Assembly: GCA_900545935.1 (NCBI GenBank)
Contig: URAP01000002.1
Span: forward strand, 50,206 to 114,205
Direction: 5' to 3'
Length of the DNA: 64,000 nucleotides
Source: an uncultured Eubacteriales bacterium
GTDB taxonomy: Bacteria; Bacillota; Clostridia; Oscillospirales; CAG-272
The notes beneath the pieces are model-generated. The model searched no databases. It was not told the DNA's origin and saw only the letters and a program-made list of their open reading frames with translations. Positions 49,380 to 59,400 of the stretch are shown here, one piece after another. Numbering within the stretch: position 1 is the first letter of the stretch; each line of letters begins with the position of its first letter. Position numbers and translations under genes: made by a program.

Positions 49380-49559
49380 ATGACCGAGTACAGCTGCGAG
49401 GACTGCGAATTTTATGACTATGACGAAGCAGACGATTCGTACGCCTGCCGACTGAGCCTCGACGAGGACGAATACAGCGAAATGCTCTCCTCTCGCAGCG
49501 GAAGATGCCGCTATTACCGCGCCTATGACGAATACAAAACGGTACGCAAGCAGATATGA
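49380..49559 (+). CDS. Small acidic Cys-rich protein (possible zinc ribbon; DUF6472-like by recollection)
   Basis: 59 aa: MTEYSCEDCEFYDYDEADDSYACRLSLDEDEYSEMLSSRSGRCRYYRAYDEYKTVRKQI. It has four Cys, arranged CxxC...C...C. An alternative in-frame GTG start at 49371 lies 11 nt after AAGGAG. Confidence 0.55.
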   Translation: MTEYSCEDCEFYDYDEADDSYACRLSLDEDEYSEMLSSRSGRCRYYRAYDEYKTVRKQI

Positions 49560-49642
49560 CCCATCCGGTCAGACCATCGGCAGCAGCCGGCATACATGCC
49601 CCGAAATCACAACGGGGCTATATAATATATTCGGAGAAAAAC

Positions 49643-50323
49643 ATGACTGATAACAGAGACATTTCGGTCGGCGAGATACTCTCCCGCTGTGACCATACCC
49701 TGCTCGCTCAGGATGCAACATGGAGCATGATAAAGGAAGCTCTCGATGACGGAATAAAATACGGCGTTGCTTCGGCATGCATCCCGCCATGCTTTGTCGC
49801 GCGGGCAAAGGAATATGTCGGAGACAGACTCCCCATATGCACCGTGATCGGCTTTCCTCTCGGCTACTGCGAAACGGAAGCAAAGATCACCGAGGCCAGC
49901 GCGGCACTTGCAAACGGTGCGGATGAGCTCGATATGGTAATAAACATCGGCGCGCTCCGCGAGGGCAGACGAGACTACGTACAAGACGAGATATCGGCGC
50001 TGAAGGATGTGTGCGGCGAGCATATATTAAAAGTGATCATCGAGACCTGCCTTCTGAGTGAGGACGAAAAAAAGCTGATGTGCGAGCTCGTCAGCGAGGC
50101 ACATGCTGACTTTATAAAGACCTCAACGGGCTTTTCGACCGGCGGCGCGACCCGCGAGGACGTTGCTCTGCTGCGCAGATATGTCGCACCCGAGGTGCGC
50201 GTTAAGGCTGCCGGAGGGATTAAAAATCTCGCCGATGCCGCAGACTTTATCCGTCTCGGCGCAGACCGCCTCGGAACGAGCCGCATAGTCCGCGCCGTCA
50301 AGTCGGCAGAAAAGAACTCATAA
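49643..50323 (+). CDS. deoC: Deoxyribose-phosphate aldolase
   Basis: Contains CDHTLL, KVIIETCLL and the Schiff-base lysine context ADFIKTSTGF. GGAG lies 6 nt upstream of the ATG at 49643. Confidence 0.92.
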   Translation: MTDNRDISVGEILSRCDHTLLAQDATWSMIKEALDDGIKYGVASACIPPCFVARAKEYVGDRLPICTVIGFPLGYCETEAKITEASAALANGADELDMVINIGALREGRRDYVQDEISALKDVCGEHILKVIIETCLLSEDEKKLMCELVSEAHADFIKTSTGFSTGGATREDVALLRRYVAPEVRVKAAGGIKNLADAADFIRLGADRLGTSRIVRAVKSAEKNS

Positions 50324-50370
50324 AATTCGATCAGGTGCTCAAGCGCTGATCAGGTATCGGAGATGTAGTA

Positions 50371-50865
50371 ATGACCAAAGAGGAAACACTCGCTCTGCTC
50401 GACAAGAGCGGGATAAAATACGAACGGTTTGACCACCGCGCAATATTCACCGTCGAGGAGGGTGAGGGGATAGATTTTCCGCACCCCGAGGCTGGAACGA
50501 AAAACCTGTTTGTACACGACGACAAAAAGCAGCACTTTTATCTGATAACGGTATGCGAGCACAAGCGCGTAGATCTCAAGGCGTTTGCCGCCGAAAACGG
50601 TCTGAGAAAGTTGTCGTTCGGCTCTGAGGAGGAGCTATGGCGCTATCTTGCTCTACGCCCCGGCTCAGTCTCTCCTCTCGGTCTGCTGTCCGGCAGCGCG
50701 GGAGATGTACGCTTTTTCCTCGATTCCGATCTGCGCGGCTCGCTCATCGGCGCACACCCATGCGACAATACGTCGACGGTATATATGACCGACTCAGACC
50801 TATTCTCGCTGCTTCGCGGCGCGGACATCGAGTATGGCTACGCCGATATTCCGGAGAGAACCTGA
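50371..50865 (+). CDS. YbaK/ProX-type aminoacyl-tRNA deacylase (prolyl-tRNA synthetase-associated domain protein)
   Basis: 164 aa. The sequence pattern KYERFDH....TVEEG........TKNLF..DDKK..FYLI.......VDLK plus GSVSPLGL fits the family. Confidence 0.75.
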   Translation: MTKEETLALLDKSGIKYERFDHRAIFTVEEGEGIDFPHPEAGTKNLFVHDDKKQHFYLITVCEHKRVDLKAFAAENGLRKLSFGSEEELWRYLALRPGSVSPLGLLSGSAGDVRFFLDSDLRGSLIGAHPCDNTSTVYMTDSDLFSLLRGADIEYGYADIPERT

Positions 50866-50866
50866 T

Positions 50867-51805
50867 ATGTTCTTCACTGCCCTGCAAAATGTTCTTATAA
50901 CCGTCTTTTACGCCGCGCCGGGATTCATCGTCCGTCGAATGGGGAAGATACGTGAGGAGCATATCTCCTCGCTCTCTGCGGTGCTTATCTACATATGCAC
51001 GCCGTTTCTTGAGATATCCGCCTTTATGCGGCTCGAGTATACCCCGCGACTGCTCGGTGAGATGGGCATCTACTTCCTTGTAAGTCTCGTGCTTCAGACG
51101 CTGTTTATTATCTTTATGTTCTTCGTGCTCGGGCGCATCCATCGCGGGCTGACTACGCGCGAGCGGCTGCTCGGGCTTGCTTTCGCGCTCGGCAATGTCG
51201 GCTTCTTCGGTATGCCGATAATGCTCTCCGTCTTTTCCGGCTATCCTGAGGCTGCATGCTTCAGCTCGGTAAACATGCTGACGCTCAATATCCTCGGCTT
51301 CACCGTCGGTATATTCGGAATAACGGGAAAGCGCGAATTCCTCTCGCTGCGTCAGGCACTTATCAATCCAAACATGCTCGGCATCGTCATTGCCCTGCCC
51401 ATATATATCTTCGGAATTGCCGACATTATGCCGCAGCCGCTCGTCGGCGCGATAAATTCGATAGCTGCCATGGCGACCCCGATATGCATGATGATACTCG
51501 GTGTCCGTGTGGCTTCGATGAAGCTCGGCAGACTGCTGACTCAGCCTAAAATATACCTGTTTGCACTGATAAAGCTGCTCGGATTTCCGATGTTCTGCTT
51601 TTGTCTGCTGTATTTTCTGCCGCTCTCAACCATCGTTAAGTCCACCGCCGTTATTCTCGCCGGCATGCCCTGTGCCGCGATACTGCAAAATTTTGCCGAG
51701 ATGTACGACGGAGATGCGGAGCTCGCGGCAAATCTGATAACCGTGTCAACGCTGCTGTCGGTACTGACAATACCGCTGCTAACATTCCCTGTATCGCTAT
51801 TTTGA
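50867..51805 (+). CDS. AEC (auxin efflux carrier) family transporter
   Basis: About 312 aa with roughly 10 TM segments. The N-terminus MFFTALQNVLI...GFI and the NVGFFGMPI motif are typical of the family. Confidence 0.8.
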   Translation: MFFTALQNVLITVFYAAPGFIVRRMGKIREEHISSLSAVLIYICTPFLEISAFMRLEYTPRLLGEMGIYFLVSLVLQTLFIIFMFFVLGRIHRGLTTRERLLGLAFALGNVGFFGMPIMLSVFSGYPEAACFSSVNMLTLNILGFTVGIFGITGKREFLSLRQALINPNMLGIVIALPIYIFGIADIMPQPLVGAINSIAAMATPICMMILGVRVASMKLGRLLTQPKIYLFALIKLLGFPMFCFCLLYFLPLSTIVKSTAVILAGMPCAAILQNFAEMYDGDAELAANLITVSTLLSVLTIPLLTFPVSLF

Positions 51806-51821
51806 TTTGTGAGGAAGAACT

Positions 51822-53990
51822 ATGTCGATCTATCTTGACAGAAAACAAAATGTTTTCACCCTTCGCACCGCCCACACCGCATACGTCATGCAGATAGTCT
51901 GCGACCGCTTTCCGGCGCATCTGTACTACGGAAAGAATAAGTCGGGACTCTCCGAGCTCTCGTATAAGGAGCGCTATATAAACTTCTGCCCGGGCTATGA
52001 GCAGTTTGAGAATCATTTTCTCCCCGGCTCTGCGTTCACCGAGTACTCATTCCACGGTCAGGGCGACTACCGCAACACCGCACTAAAGGTCAGAATCCCC
52101 GAGCTCGGCACCTGCACTACCGAATTCTTCTTCAAGAGCGCCCGCAAGTTCAAGGGCGTACACAAGATACCCGGAATGCCGCAGTGCCGCGAGGATGACG
52201 AGACCGAAACGCTCGAGCTTACACTCCGCGACGAGCTGTGCGACGCTACGCTCAAGCTCTACTATACGGTATTCCCGTCATGCGACGTTATAGCTCGTCA
52301 TGCAGAGCTCATCAACGGCAGAAAGTACGATATCCGCATCGAGCGCATCGGCAGTCTACAGCTCGACCTGCCCGAGGGTCAATATGACTACATCGGTCTC
52401 GGCGGCGGCTACTGGCGCGAGCGCGACCCGTACCGCATCCCGGTCGGCGAGGGCGAGCACTCAATCACGAGCCGCAGAGGCGCCTCGAGCCACTCCCGCA
52501 ATCCGTTCTTCATGGTGGTAGACCGCCGTGCGAACGAGCAGAAGGGCAACGCCTACGGCTTTAATATCGTTTACAGCGGCAGCCATCGCTCGACCATCAT
52601 GGGCGACGAGACCACACAGGCGCGCATAATTACCTCTCTCGGAGATGAGGACTTCTCATGGCTGCTCGAAAAGGGCGAGTCCTTCTGCACCCCCGAGGCG
52701 GTAATGACCTACTCTCCGCACGGCATCGGCGGCGTTTCGCGCAATATGCACGATCTTGTCCGCAACCATATACTCCCCGCAGAGGTCACACCCCGCCGCT
52801 CTGTTATCCTTAATTCATGGGAAGCTTTCTTCTTCGATATCAACGAGGATCTGATGTCCGACTTTGCACGCGGCGCAAAGGATTGCGGCATGGATACCGT
52901 CGTAATGGATGACGGCTGGTTCGGCGCACGTGTCGGCGACCGCGCAGGTCTGGGCGACTGGCACGCAAATCCCGAACGCTTCAAGAACGGTCTGCCCTCG
53001 TTTATCCGCAGTATAAAGTCGCTCGGCATCCGTTTCGGTATATGGATTGAGCCCGAGATGGTCAACCGCGACAGCGACCTCTACCGCGCGCATCCCGATT
53101 GGGTGCTCGCATATCCCGACAGAATGCGCACCGACGCAAGACATCAGTATATCCTCGACTTTGCAAATCCCGAGGTCGTCGAAAACATCAAGGCACAGCT
53201 CGCCGAGACCTTCGACCCCGAGCCGCCGGATTACTTCAAGTGGGATATGAACCGCAATATGACCGACGCATACTCTCACGCACTCCCCCCCGAGAGACAG
53301 GATGAGGTCCCGCACCGCTACATGCTCGGTGTTTATGATCTGTATTCATGGCTGCGCGAGCACTTCCCGAACGCAATGCTCGAGAACTGCAGCGGAGGCG
53401 GCGGACGCTATGACCTCGGAATGATGAGCTTCTCGCACCAGATATGGACGAGCGACAACACCAACCCCGAGGACCGCATCAATATTCAGTATGCCTCTAC
53501 GCTCGGCTATCCCGCAGCTACTATGAGCTGCCATGTCGCTAACCATTCCGACTCCGCGCTCAACCCGAGAAAGCTTGAGTTCGGCTACCACGTAGCGCTC
53601 GGCGGAGCACTCGGCTATGAGTTTAATGTGTTGCATATGCCGGAGGAGGTAAGAAAATCGCTGCGCGAGCAGATTAAGGAATACCGCGTCTATGAGCCGC
53701 TTATCCTTCGCGGCGATCTCTACCGCCTGCTTGTTCCGTCGTCGGGCGCATATGCATACTACTTTGCCGCAAAGGACGGCAGTGCAATCCTGCTCAGCTA
53801 TATTCAGGCTAAGGGCGACCCTAAGCAGGCCGAGCGACGCCTCCGCATCGCCGCAGCCGATAAGAATGCAAGCTACGTATGCACTCAGGACGGTAAGACC
53901 TATACGGGCGATGAGCTGCGCCACGGTATCACCTTGACCGCATGCACGGAGGACGAATACTCCCGTATCTGGCATTTCGTTCGTAAGTAA
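51822..53990 (+). CDS. Alpha-galactosidase (GH36)
   Basis: 722 aa with VMDDGWFGAR..D..GLGDW, FGIWIEPEMVNRDSDLYRAHPDW, KWDMNR and NCSGGGGRYD. Confidence 0.92.
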   Translation: MSIYLDRKQNVFTLRTAHTAYVMQIVCDRFPAHLYYGKNKSGLSELSYKERYINFCPGYEQFENHFLPGSAFTEYSFHGQGDYRNTALKVRIPELGTCTTEFFFKSARKFKGVHKIPGMPQCREDDETETLELTLRDELCDATLKLYYTVFPSCDVIARHAELINGRKYDIRIERIGSLQLDLPEGQYDYIGLGGGYWRERDPYRIPVGEGEHSITSRRGASSHSRNPFFMVVDRRANEQKGNAYGFNIVYSGSHRSTIMGDETTQARIITSLGDEDFSWLLEKGESFCTPEAVMTYSPHGIGGVSRNMHDLVRNHILPAEVTPRRSVILNSWEAFFFDINEDLMSDFARGAKDCGMDTVVMDDGWFGARVGDRAGLGDWHANPERFKNGLPSFIRSIKSLGIRFGIWIEPEMVNRDSDLYRAHPDWVLAYPDRMRTDARHQYILDFANPEVVENIKAQLAETFDPEPPDYFKWDMNRNMTDAYSHALPPERQDEVPHRYMLGVYDLYSWLREHFPNAMLENCSGGGGRYDLGMMSFSHQIWTSDNTNPEDRINIQYASTLGYPAATMSCHVANHSDSALNPRKLEFGYHVALGGALGYEFNVLHMPEEVRKSLREQIKEYRVYEPLILRGDLYRLLVPSSGAYAYYFAAKDGSAILLSYIQAKGDPKQAERRLRIAAADKNASYVCTQDGKTYTGDELRHGITLTACTEDEYSRIWHFVRK

Positions 53991-54039
53991 TTCCCCGCTC
54001 GCTTGCCCGAGACAAGTTAACAAAATAAAAAGCGCTGCC

Positions 54040-54082
54040 GCAGACGAGATACTCGTCTGCAGCAGTACTGTTTTCTCTTTTT
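54040..54082. terminator. Bidirectional intrinsic terminator between convergent genes
   Basis: gcagacgag-ata-ctcgtctgc forms a perfect 9-bp stem. aaaataaaaag precedes it and a T-rich tract (ctgttttctcttttt) follows it. Confidence 0.65.
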
Positions 54083-54141
54083 GACTTTCAGATGTTCCGC
54101 CTTATAGCTTTACGATGCCCGCTGTATCCGCTGCGGGCTGT

Positions 54142-54963
54142 TCAGTTGCGCAGGGTGCATGTTTCGCCCGCAGCCATATCAAGCACCCTGCCGTTGATGC
54201 TGACCTCCGAATCGCTCAGCCAGTATACCTCGGCTTCCGATTCCCGATATGCGTTATAAATCAGCTTTCTGCTGAGCCTGCCGACCGAGTATACCTTTAT
54301 CGTAAATGCGGTTGTCGCACCGCCGTTGTGACGGTAGATATCCAGTGTATATGCCTCGTCGGGAGAGCTCGACCGAGCAAGGAATTCCTCATCCGAATTT
54401 TCAAAGTTAACAAGAGGATGAATAAAGAAGCACATAACCGCCGCGACCGCCGTGCATGCAGCGATAACGGCAAGTTGTTTGCCGTTGCCACGCACCCTCT
54501 CTCCGCCCTGCCGCTTCATCTCGCAATGCCGCGAAATCGAAACGCAAAGCAGCCCGATAAACTTGATTTGCAGCATCGGAAGCAGAAACAGCACGGTTTT
54601 CAGAAATACTTCAAACGTGTCGTACGGCACGTCGCGCGGAATAAGTCGCAGCAGCGGAAATATCAGCCTTACCGCAAGCTCGCCGACGACATAGCCCGAC
54701 ACGTCGAGCAGTGCAAGCATCCATGCGCTTACATTTCGCCCGCGCCGTACGATAAACACAACAAACGCGACGCCGAAACCTACGCCCGATACACCGCTCA
54801 GTATCCGACACAAATTTGTCATCGCAGTCGAATGCCTGAACAGTCCGACGGCGAGTATCGCCCATCTGACTACCGCCGCCGCAAAGCCCCATGCCGCGGC
54901 GCGCAAGAGCAGTTTTTTATCCGGGGCAGTCGCGGTTTCGATATTTACCGTTTTATCTTCCAT
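54142..54963 (-). CDS. Membrane protein: N-terminal multi-TM region plus C-terminal DUF5412-like domain
   Basis: 273 aa with about 5 hydrophobic segments. The tail SPDEAYTLDIYRHNGGATTAF...EAEVYWLSDSEVSINGRVLDM resembles my recollection of DUF5412 (SPdgkYtl..Y..NGGATt...iYW......i.W.d..tv.INg..Ldv). Confidence 0.6.
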   Translation of the reverse strand: MEDKTVNIETATAPDKKLLLRAAAWGFAAAVVRWAILAVGLFRHSTAMTNLCRILSGVSGVGFGVAFVVFIVRRGRNVSAWMLALLDVSGYVVGELAVRLIFPLLRLIPRDVPYDTFEVFLKTVLFLLPMLQIKFIGLLCVSISRHCEMKRQGGERVRGNGKQLAVIAACTAVAAVMCFFIHPLVNFENSDEEFLARSSSPDEAYTLDIYRHNGGATTAFTIKVYSVGRLSRKLIYNAYRESEAEVYWLSDSEVSINGRVLDMAAGETCTLRN

Positions 54964-54999
54964 AGTTACCTTCCGATTATAATGCTTTACTCTGCCGTG

Positions 55000-56037
55000 T
55001 CACCGCACACGTGCGTGAAAAGGTGTATTGCGGAGACGCAAAGAATACCATGCACCGACGATTATTCTGAGCATATATGCGGCATACAAAAACATAAGCG
55101 AGACATCACAGCCGCACACGATAGAATAATCCGAAAGCATGCGATACGACGACGCCATCCCCGAAATCGGCGAGAAGAATCTGACGCAAGGCAGAAACAG
55201 TGCAAGCGCCGCGGCGCAGCTGACAAACGCAGACGGCAGGTCGATGCCGCCCGAAAGTCTCGGAATTATAAGCAAGCCCACAGCCAAGGAAACGACGACA
55301 GCCGGGAGTATGAGCAGCAGCATTTCGGATATGCCGAACTCTGACGCAGAAAAATATCTGCCCGAGAACAGAAAAACTATCAGAAACGCAGCGGCGGCAT
55401 TTAACAGCCCGTCTGCGAGCGATATCAGCACTTTTCTGAGTCTGCGCCGCCCGAGCTGTGCGCCGTTTACGCGGTGTAATGCTCCTGCGTCTACCTCGAT
55501 CGTTGCGGCAGGATTTGATTCCGTCGGATGAGCGGCGGAAGCGGCGCTTACATTGGTCTCATCTGCCATGCCGTCGGCACCGACGAATTCTTTCGCACTG
55601 CCGTTTTTTGCTCTGCGGTCATGCACTGCGGCGGCGACGCAATATGCCGTCATACATGCGGATATGATAATTAGCGGGATGGGGTAAAGCGGCTGCCCGC
55701 TCACCGCGAGATTGATAAGATATCTTACTCCCAGTGCCGTTTCAGACAGATACAGCACCGCTTCAAGCCATGCGACACGCACCACGCGGCGACAGAAGAT
55801 AAGATACACCGCGAGCACTATCCATGCAAAACCGACAACAAGCGCAAGCATGCATACCCATCCGCTTACTCCCCCATCCATTGCAGCGTATCCGAGTGCT
55901 GCCAGATAGGCGTAGATTAGAAAAGAATTCGATATGGAAAAGCCCGAAAGCAAAGTCACGTCTATCAACAAAAATGAAAGTATTTTCACGCCAATGACAT
56001 ACCAAGAAATTGATTTAAAGGTCTTAACCGAAAACAT
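55000..56037 (-). CDS. Multi-pass membrane protein, unknown function
   Basis: 345 aa with two blocks of TM segments separated by a polar linker. GGGGTG lies 8 nt upstream of the ATG at 56037. The start overlaps the end of the upstream frame-C ORF by 14 nt. Confidence 0.65.
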   Translation of the reverse strand: MFSVKTFKSISWYVIGVKILSFLLIDVTLLSGFSISNSFLIYAYLAALGYAAMDGGVSGWVCMLALVVGFAWIVLAVYLIFCRRVVRVAWLEAVLYLSETALGVRYLINLAVSGQPLYPIPLIIISACMTAYCVAAAVHDRRAKNGSAKEFVGADGMADETNVSAASAAHPTESNPAATIEVDAGALHRVNGAQLGRRRLRKVLISLADGLLNAAAAFLIVFLFSGRYFSASEFGISEMLLLILPAVVVSLAVGLLIIPRLSGGIDLPSAFVSCAAALALFLPCVRFFSPISGMASSYRMLSDYSIVCGCDVSLMFLYAAYMLRIIVGAWYSLRLRNTPFHARVR

Positions 56038-56441
56038 ATGGTATCACCCCATTTACAGCACGCTTATAATAATACGCTACACTCGAAAGCTCATCGCCAT
56101 TATTAAAATCCACGTGTTGACAACGTTCGTTATGCATGATATTATAAATTTTATTATGCATATCCCACGCTATCAGCATTGAATATTCACTACGAGTCCA
56201 CTCGGGAGAAACCGGATACAAATCATTATAGTCGAGAAGCGCGCAAATAATTGCAATTTGCTTTTTTGCTCACAAATATCTACCGATTCTCTAATTTGTA
56301 CATTTGGATCATCCGCCCCTCGAGCATCAACCGCACGAACAAAGTTATCCTTTGCCCATTCAGATACATTTTCACTTGATTCGACAGAATCATATATCTG
56401 TAATACATCGCCCGATTTAGTCGAGGCAACATAAACTCTAC
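56024..56441 (-). other. Scrambled 3' tip of the RHS gene; coding signal is split over three reading frames
   Basis: RHS-like sequence ends at ...RYYYRTNAQGDVKQIV (about nt 56440). Frame A then runs 52 M/R/L-rich codons to a stop at 56280. Frame B (track ORF 56173..56529) and frame C (open 56269 to 56024) carry more protein-like sequence. The B/C switch point coincides with a T6/A6 run at 56262-56267. Confidence 0.55.
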
Positions 56442-59400
56442 TATCTGCTTGACATCTCCCTGCGCGTTTGTTCTGTAATAATAGCGCACGGGGGTAGTCG
56501 AGCCGCCGATATAGCAGATAGCCGACCAAATGTTGCCCATCTCGTCATAGATGAAGTGATAGACATCCTTGACGGACGAGCCGCTCTTCGTGCGCTCCAT
56601 TCCTATGACCTTGCTGCCGTCGAGAATATAGCGGTCGGTATATCTGCCGCTTACATTTTTCTCGATGCGTATTCCGTCCTTATTATAATCATAATAGACG
56701 GTTCTACTGTTTACCCGAGAGTTGAGCAGCTGCCTGCCCATCTCCCATCTCAGGGTATAGCTTCTGCCGTTATAGTACGACAGAGGGTTGCCTATCTTGT
56801 CATAGGTGATGGTGTGTCCGTTATAGGCGGTCAGCAGGTCGCGCCACGAGGAGTTTTCATAGCTGTAGGTGTTCTTTACAGTCACTCCTGCGGAATTCGG
56901 GCGCTCGGTCTCGGTAATATTGCCGAAGCTATCGTACGAATAACTCGACATATACGGAGTGATTCCTATATTCGAATTCGTGCAGTTCTCGGCTATCAGC
57001 CGGTTGTGATCGTCGTAGACATATGCGACCTCGGAATATACCTTATCGTCGTATGTATACTTGGACGACTTTATGTTGCCTATATTGTCATAGGTATAGT
57101 CGGCAAAAGTAAGAATACCGTTAAAGGTATAGCGCATCGACGTCATATTCGATGTCAGACGGTTTGCGTCGTCCGCATAGCTCTGATACGAATAGGATAT
57201 TCTGCCGTTGTAATCTCCTGCGTATATCCTGAATCTGACGCGTCCGAAATATCCATAGGCAATTACATCCGAATTTTCGTTTCTGCCGTTATAGTACTGC
57301 TTGATCGTGCCGAGTCGGTCCTTATCGTTGTAGCCATATTCGTAGCCGTACGAAAGTCCGTCGCCGTCGTAGCTGTAGCTCTCATCCCTGCCCTTGAAAT
57401 CGTAGGTCTGCTCGGTCTGCGAGACGATAACTCCGTCCTCGCTCTCGTAGCTGCGGATAAGTCTGCCGAGACGGTCGTACTCGTAGTAATATGCCTTGTC
57501 AATTATATCAAGGCATTTATACTCTTCCTTTATAACATTGCCGAGATAATCATAGTAGTAATAGACATACTCGTCCTCGTCTGCCTGATCCTTATATTTC
57601 AGGCGGTCATACTTATCATAGGCATACTCCACCACACGACCGTTGCCGTAGGTCATACGCTCGAGATTATGAGTGGTATCGTTATAGGTATACTCGGCGA
57701 GGGTATTGTCGCCGACCCTTACCGATATTCTCTGTCCGAATTTGTTATAGGTGAAGGTATATTCCTGCGACACTGCGGAATTATCCGTCTCGCTTCTGCC
57801 TATTACCGAAAGATTGCCGCTTAAATACGAATATGTAACATCCGCGTCCCCGTCGGAAATACCGGTCGTACGGTCAACGGAATCGTAGGTATATGTCTTG
57901 GACTCGAATGCTCCGTTATTCGGATTTGTATCCGACACGGTAGTACGCGTCTTGCGGAGAAGGTCGGTTCCGGTCTTATAGTTGTTTATTACCTTAGCTC
58001 CGAGGTTATCCGTTACCGTACCTACCTTGGTACCGCCGTCCGTGTAGGTCGCGGAGGTGGTCGCATATTTCGTGCCTTCCTCGAGTCGTGAGGAGGTGGC
58101 GTTTCCGTTTGAGTCGTAGGAGAGTGCAAGCGTAAGTCCGGCATTCTTTACCTTGGTGACATTGTGCTTGCTGTCATACTCATACTCGAACATTCCGTTT
58201 GCGCCGCCGGTGCTCGAAATAAGATCGGCGCCGCTGTACAAATTGGCTATCTCGTCGGTATTCGTACGGTTGACCGCAACGACATTTCCCTTATCATCGT
58301 AGGTATAGCACTGTGCGCCGTCGAGGGTAAGGGCAAAATTATCAAAGTATGCGGCATTTACATTATTGTCGTAACGAACGTACACCCGCGCGCTCTTTAT
58401 CTTGAGCGACGGTCTGCGGGGGACTATCGGAACGGCTGCATGCTGCCACGAATCGAAGAGAAGATTATTGAACGACTGATTAAATTTGTCGGTCGTTCCG
58501 TCGCTGTATGTAAGGATAGCGCCAAGCTCGAATACCGCGTCCTCGTCGTCATTCAGCGGCGCGGAGCACGCCTTGGCAAATGCCGAGAGCATGAGAGTCT
58601 CTGTGCCGGGAATATTGAGATTAACCGTCTGATATGCGCCTGCGGTCTTGTGAGGCGCGGACGGTACATACAGAGCATAGGAGGATGCACCGGAAATGCC
58701 GTCCGATACCGACTTTACGGTTATCTCGGAGACCTTTGTTCCCGATTTTGTCCATGACGCAGTACCGTTTGAAAAATCGCTGTTGTCGAGCAGATTGCAG
58801 GCACTTACGGTATCACCCTTTTGCAGCATTACATCATCAAAGTACGAAATGCCGCGCATACCTCTCAATGTAAGATAAACATATGTATATGTTCTCTCCG
58901 TAAGGGTATAGGTGCAGTGCAGGAGTACCCAGCCGTCGTCCGACAATTCGCTTGTCACCTTGCTGATATACACGCTCTCGGCAAACGGATTCGCATAAAC
59001 ATCTCCGAGCAGTATTCTTGCGCCGACCTTGCCGCTCGCGCTCTCCATAGACTCCGTCTTGACACGGGCGGAGAGAGTATATGTTCCTGCATCAAGCCAT
59101 AGCGCCTGATACTTGGTTGCGATATTCGTCTTATCGCTATTGCACACGAGCTTCATCGACCGGGTGCCGGTATGCGCCGTAGAGGTAGTGAGCGCGGCAG
59201 AGCAGCCGGAATGCTGAGTCGAGGTGTTTTGCCACTTTGTCGACTGACGCTCAAAGCCGCCGTCGGTCAGGAGATTTTGCCCTACCGCACCGGCAGAGCC
59301 CTCCTGCGTCAATCTATTATTTTTTGCCGATGTGCCCTCGTTTGCCGTATAGCCGGCGCCGGAGGAGCTGAGGAGAAGTCCGTCTGTGTCAACGGAGCGG

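Noticed and set aside
54115-55344. 409-aa plus-strand ORF spanning two minus-strand genes
   Set aside because: It is extremely R/K/H/Q-rich, which is the expected antisense image of hydrophobic membrane-protein codons. It crosses an intergenic gap of the opposite-strand genes, and no motifs were recognised.
56173-56529. Programmed ribosomal frameshifting as an explanation for the three-frame RHS tip
   Set aside because: I saw no slippery heptamer plus downstream structure at the A-to-B junction. Two shifts in about 200 nt within a compositionally foreign patch fit decay, recombination or a homopolymer indel better.
56556-57824. 422-aa plus-strand ORF inside the RHS gene
   Set aside because: Its I/V/A-rich sequence is the antisense image of the Tyr/Asp-rich YD repeats. 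The RHS frame is clearly the real one.
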